From assembly GCA_053919585.1 (NCBI GenBank), contig CM132819.1: a stretch of DNA of 64,000 bases; one strand, 5' to 3'. Source of the stretch: Euprymna scolopes (taxonomy: Eukaryota). Below, in pieces: positions 62,322 through 64,000 of the stretch (positions within the stretch are counted from its first letter, which is position 1; each line of letters opens with the position of its first letter). The notes below the pieces were generated by a model, which had not been told where the DNA came from, did not search any database, and saw nothing but the letters and a program-made list of their open reading frames with translations. A program made the translations under genes and the position numbers.

Positions 62322-63662
62322 CTTACAACCCCCTTGTTTTGAGGGGGTTCCAAATATGCTTAAAATAATCATCTGAAACTGAACAAAACATATGTTGTTG
62401 TAAGGGACAGGATTATAGATTTAAAAAAAACCTGTTTGCATACCTTATTTTGACGTCTTTATATCAGAACTTCGATTGTGTTTAAGTATCCCGCTTTTGA
62501 GTTTTGAAGTGTGAAATTCGGTGAATATGTTAAATAAAATAATTAATTTAAGTTAAGCAAAACAAAAAAAAATTAATATTTATACGAAAAAGGCCATTTT
62601 AAAATCTTTGATAAATAAATTAACAATTTTTTTTAGCGAGCCGAATAATGCATGACCATTATTAAACAGGGCATGCTTTGAAGAATCGATACAAAAAAAT
62701 TCGATAAATATTGTGCCCTTTGTGTTAAAAATATCATCATTTTTTCGATCCCGTTTCAAAACGTTTGCCGCCTTTCGACTACGGTGGACCAAACGCGCTG
62801 AAATTATTTTTTTTAATTCTGCTTTAAATTGCCCCCCTCCCCAATTTGGGGAGCCTGGCCCCCACACACATACACATTAAAAACCAACCTCATACAAATG
62901 GTCACCCATCTGGTACTGGCCAGCCTCAGCGTTAATAACACATTGAAATTTTCGTCACTGAAAAATATTTTCTTTTGGCCTGTTTGGTCTTCCATAGTTT
63001 GCTTTTTATTAAGTACAAACGTAAACATTGTCTAGATCGACGCGAAGTAACTGGTTGCCTATATGAATAAGTGGAATTATTTGAAATCCAGGTACTTATA
63101 TTATAATATTTTTGCATCACCCTAAATCTTAGTTAGACAACAAATAAATTAATTAATTATTTCAAAAACCTTTTTTTTTTTTAAATATTTATGTACGTTT
63201 TTGTACAAGACAAAAAATGTCAATTAACTTTTTGGGAAAATTTAACATTTAAAATTTAATTAAAAATAGTAGAAAAAGTTTTACATTATTCTGTTTTCTA
63301 TATGATAAAATTCAGGGTTTTATCTTTCCGGAAAAAAATGTTACTCAGAAATAATGGATTTTAATAAATGTAATTTCGTTTTAAAAAAACAACAACTTGA
63401 TTTTTCGGCCATTTTTGGCGGTGTCTAGTTTTAAGTTTATATATTACTGCTATGGATACCTTCGTCTCTTGAATGCTAAAGGGGAGATAACTCTGTATTT
63501 TCAAGAAATGCAAGAAAGATAATTATTATGTATTATGTATTATATGTTTTTTTCAAGCTGACGAGAGAAAATGAAAACGGCGTACTAAAATAATTGTTTA
63601 GCACAATTATCGTTTGTTTTTTTCACGTTATTGCAAAACGCATTGTTTGGGACGCGACCATC

Positions 63663-64000
63663 TTTTTATTTTACATAGGAGTCACCACTTATCCAGGCTC
63701 GGAGGCCACTCGAGGATAAGGGTTAATCCATGTACAGTAATCAATGGGATAATATCGTAGTAATCGTTAGTAATGGAGATTTGATAAATTGGATTACGAA
63801 AGGGGGCGTTTTGTCAGGAATTTGTTTATGTTGGACTTGAAGACAACCAAGTTGTAGTCAGGTGGGAAACAGGCAAACGGAAGAGAGTTCCAGAGGCGTC
63901 CGCGTGCACTTCTAAGAAAGAAGCTTTGATCATGGAATCTACGTTTTGATTCAGGCACAGATAAAGAGTGGGGAAAATTATTGACAGTGGTTTCAGCTAG
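63663..64000 (-). mobile_element. 3' end of a CR1/Zenon-like family B copy, running off the window
   Basis: Same 3' UTR (CACCACTTATCCAGGCTCGGAGGCCACTCGAGGATAAGGGTTA) and C-terminal coding remnant. Confidence 0.9.

Overview
AT-rich, repeat-dense animal genomic DNA. The repeat repertoire suggests a coleoid cephalopod or related mollusc, but that is inference. The only host gene I can support is the 5' part of a clan-3 (CYP3A-like) cytochrome P450 on the + strand. It has five GT-AG coding exons (10556-10629, 43907-44000, 52927-52979, 53083-53179, 54581-54703) that splice into one open frame, and a ~33 kb first intron; the 3' exons lie outside the window or in a gap. The rest is mobile or repeated DNA. 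This includes two families of CR1/Zenon-like LINEs (one apparently full-length copy with an intact APE-RT ORF and no ORF1), several R4/Dong-like fragments, an internally deleted Mag-type Gypsy element with both LTRs and a TSD, a solo LTR, Hsmar1-like and maT-like Tc1/mariner relics, a Penelope-like RT fragment, non-autonomous Helitron-like elements, a MITE and many mini/microsatellites. The most notable hidden signals are a core-intact hammerhead ribozyme embedded in (TA)n, a ~260-nt multi-stem/pseudoknot RNA-like island, a tandem array built from Helitron 3' termini, and a 26-bp satellite with an apparent ~1.74-kb higher-order period. I cannot support a claim of a complete novel biological system.
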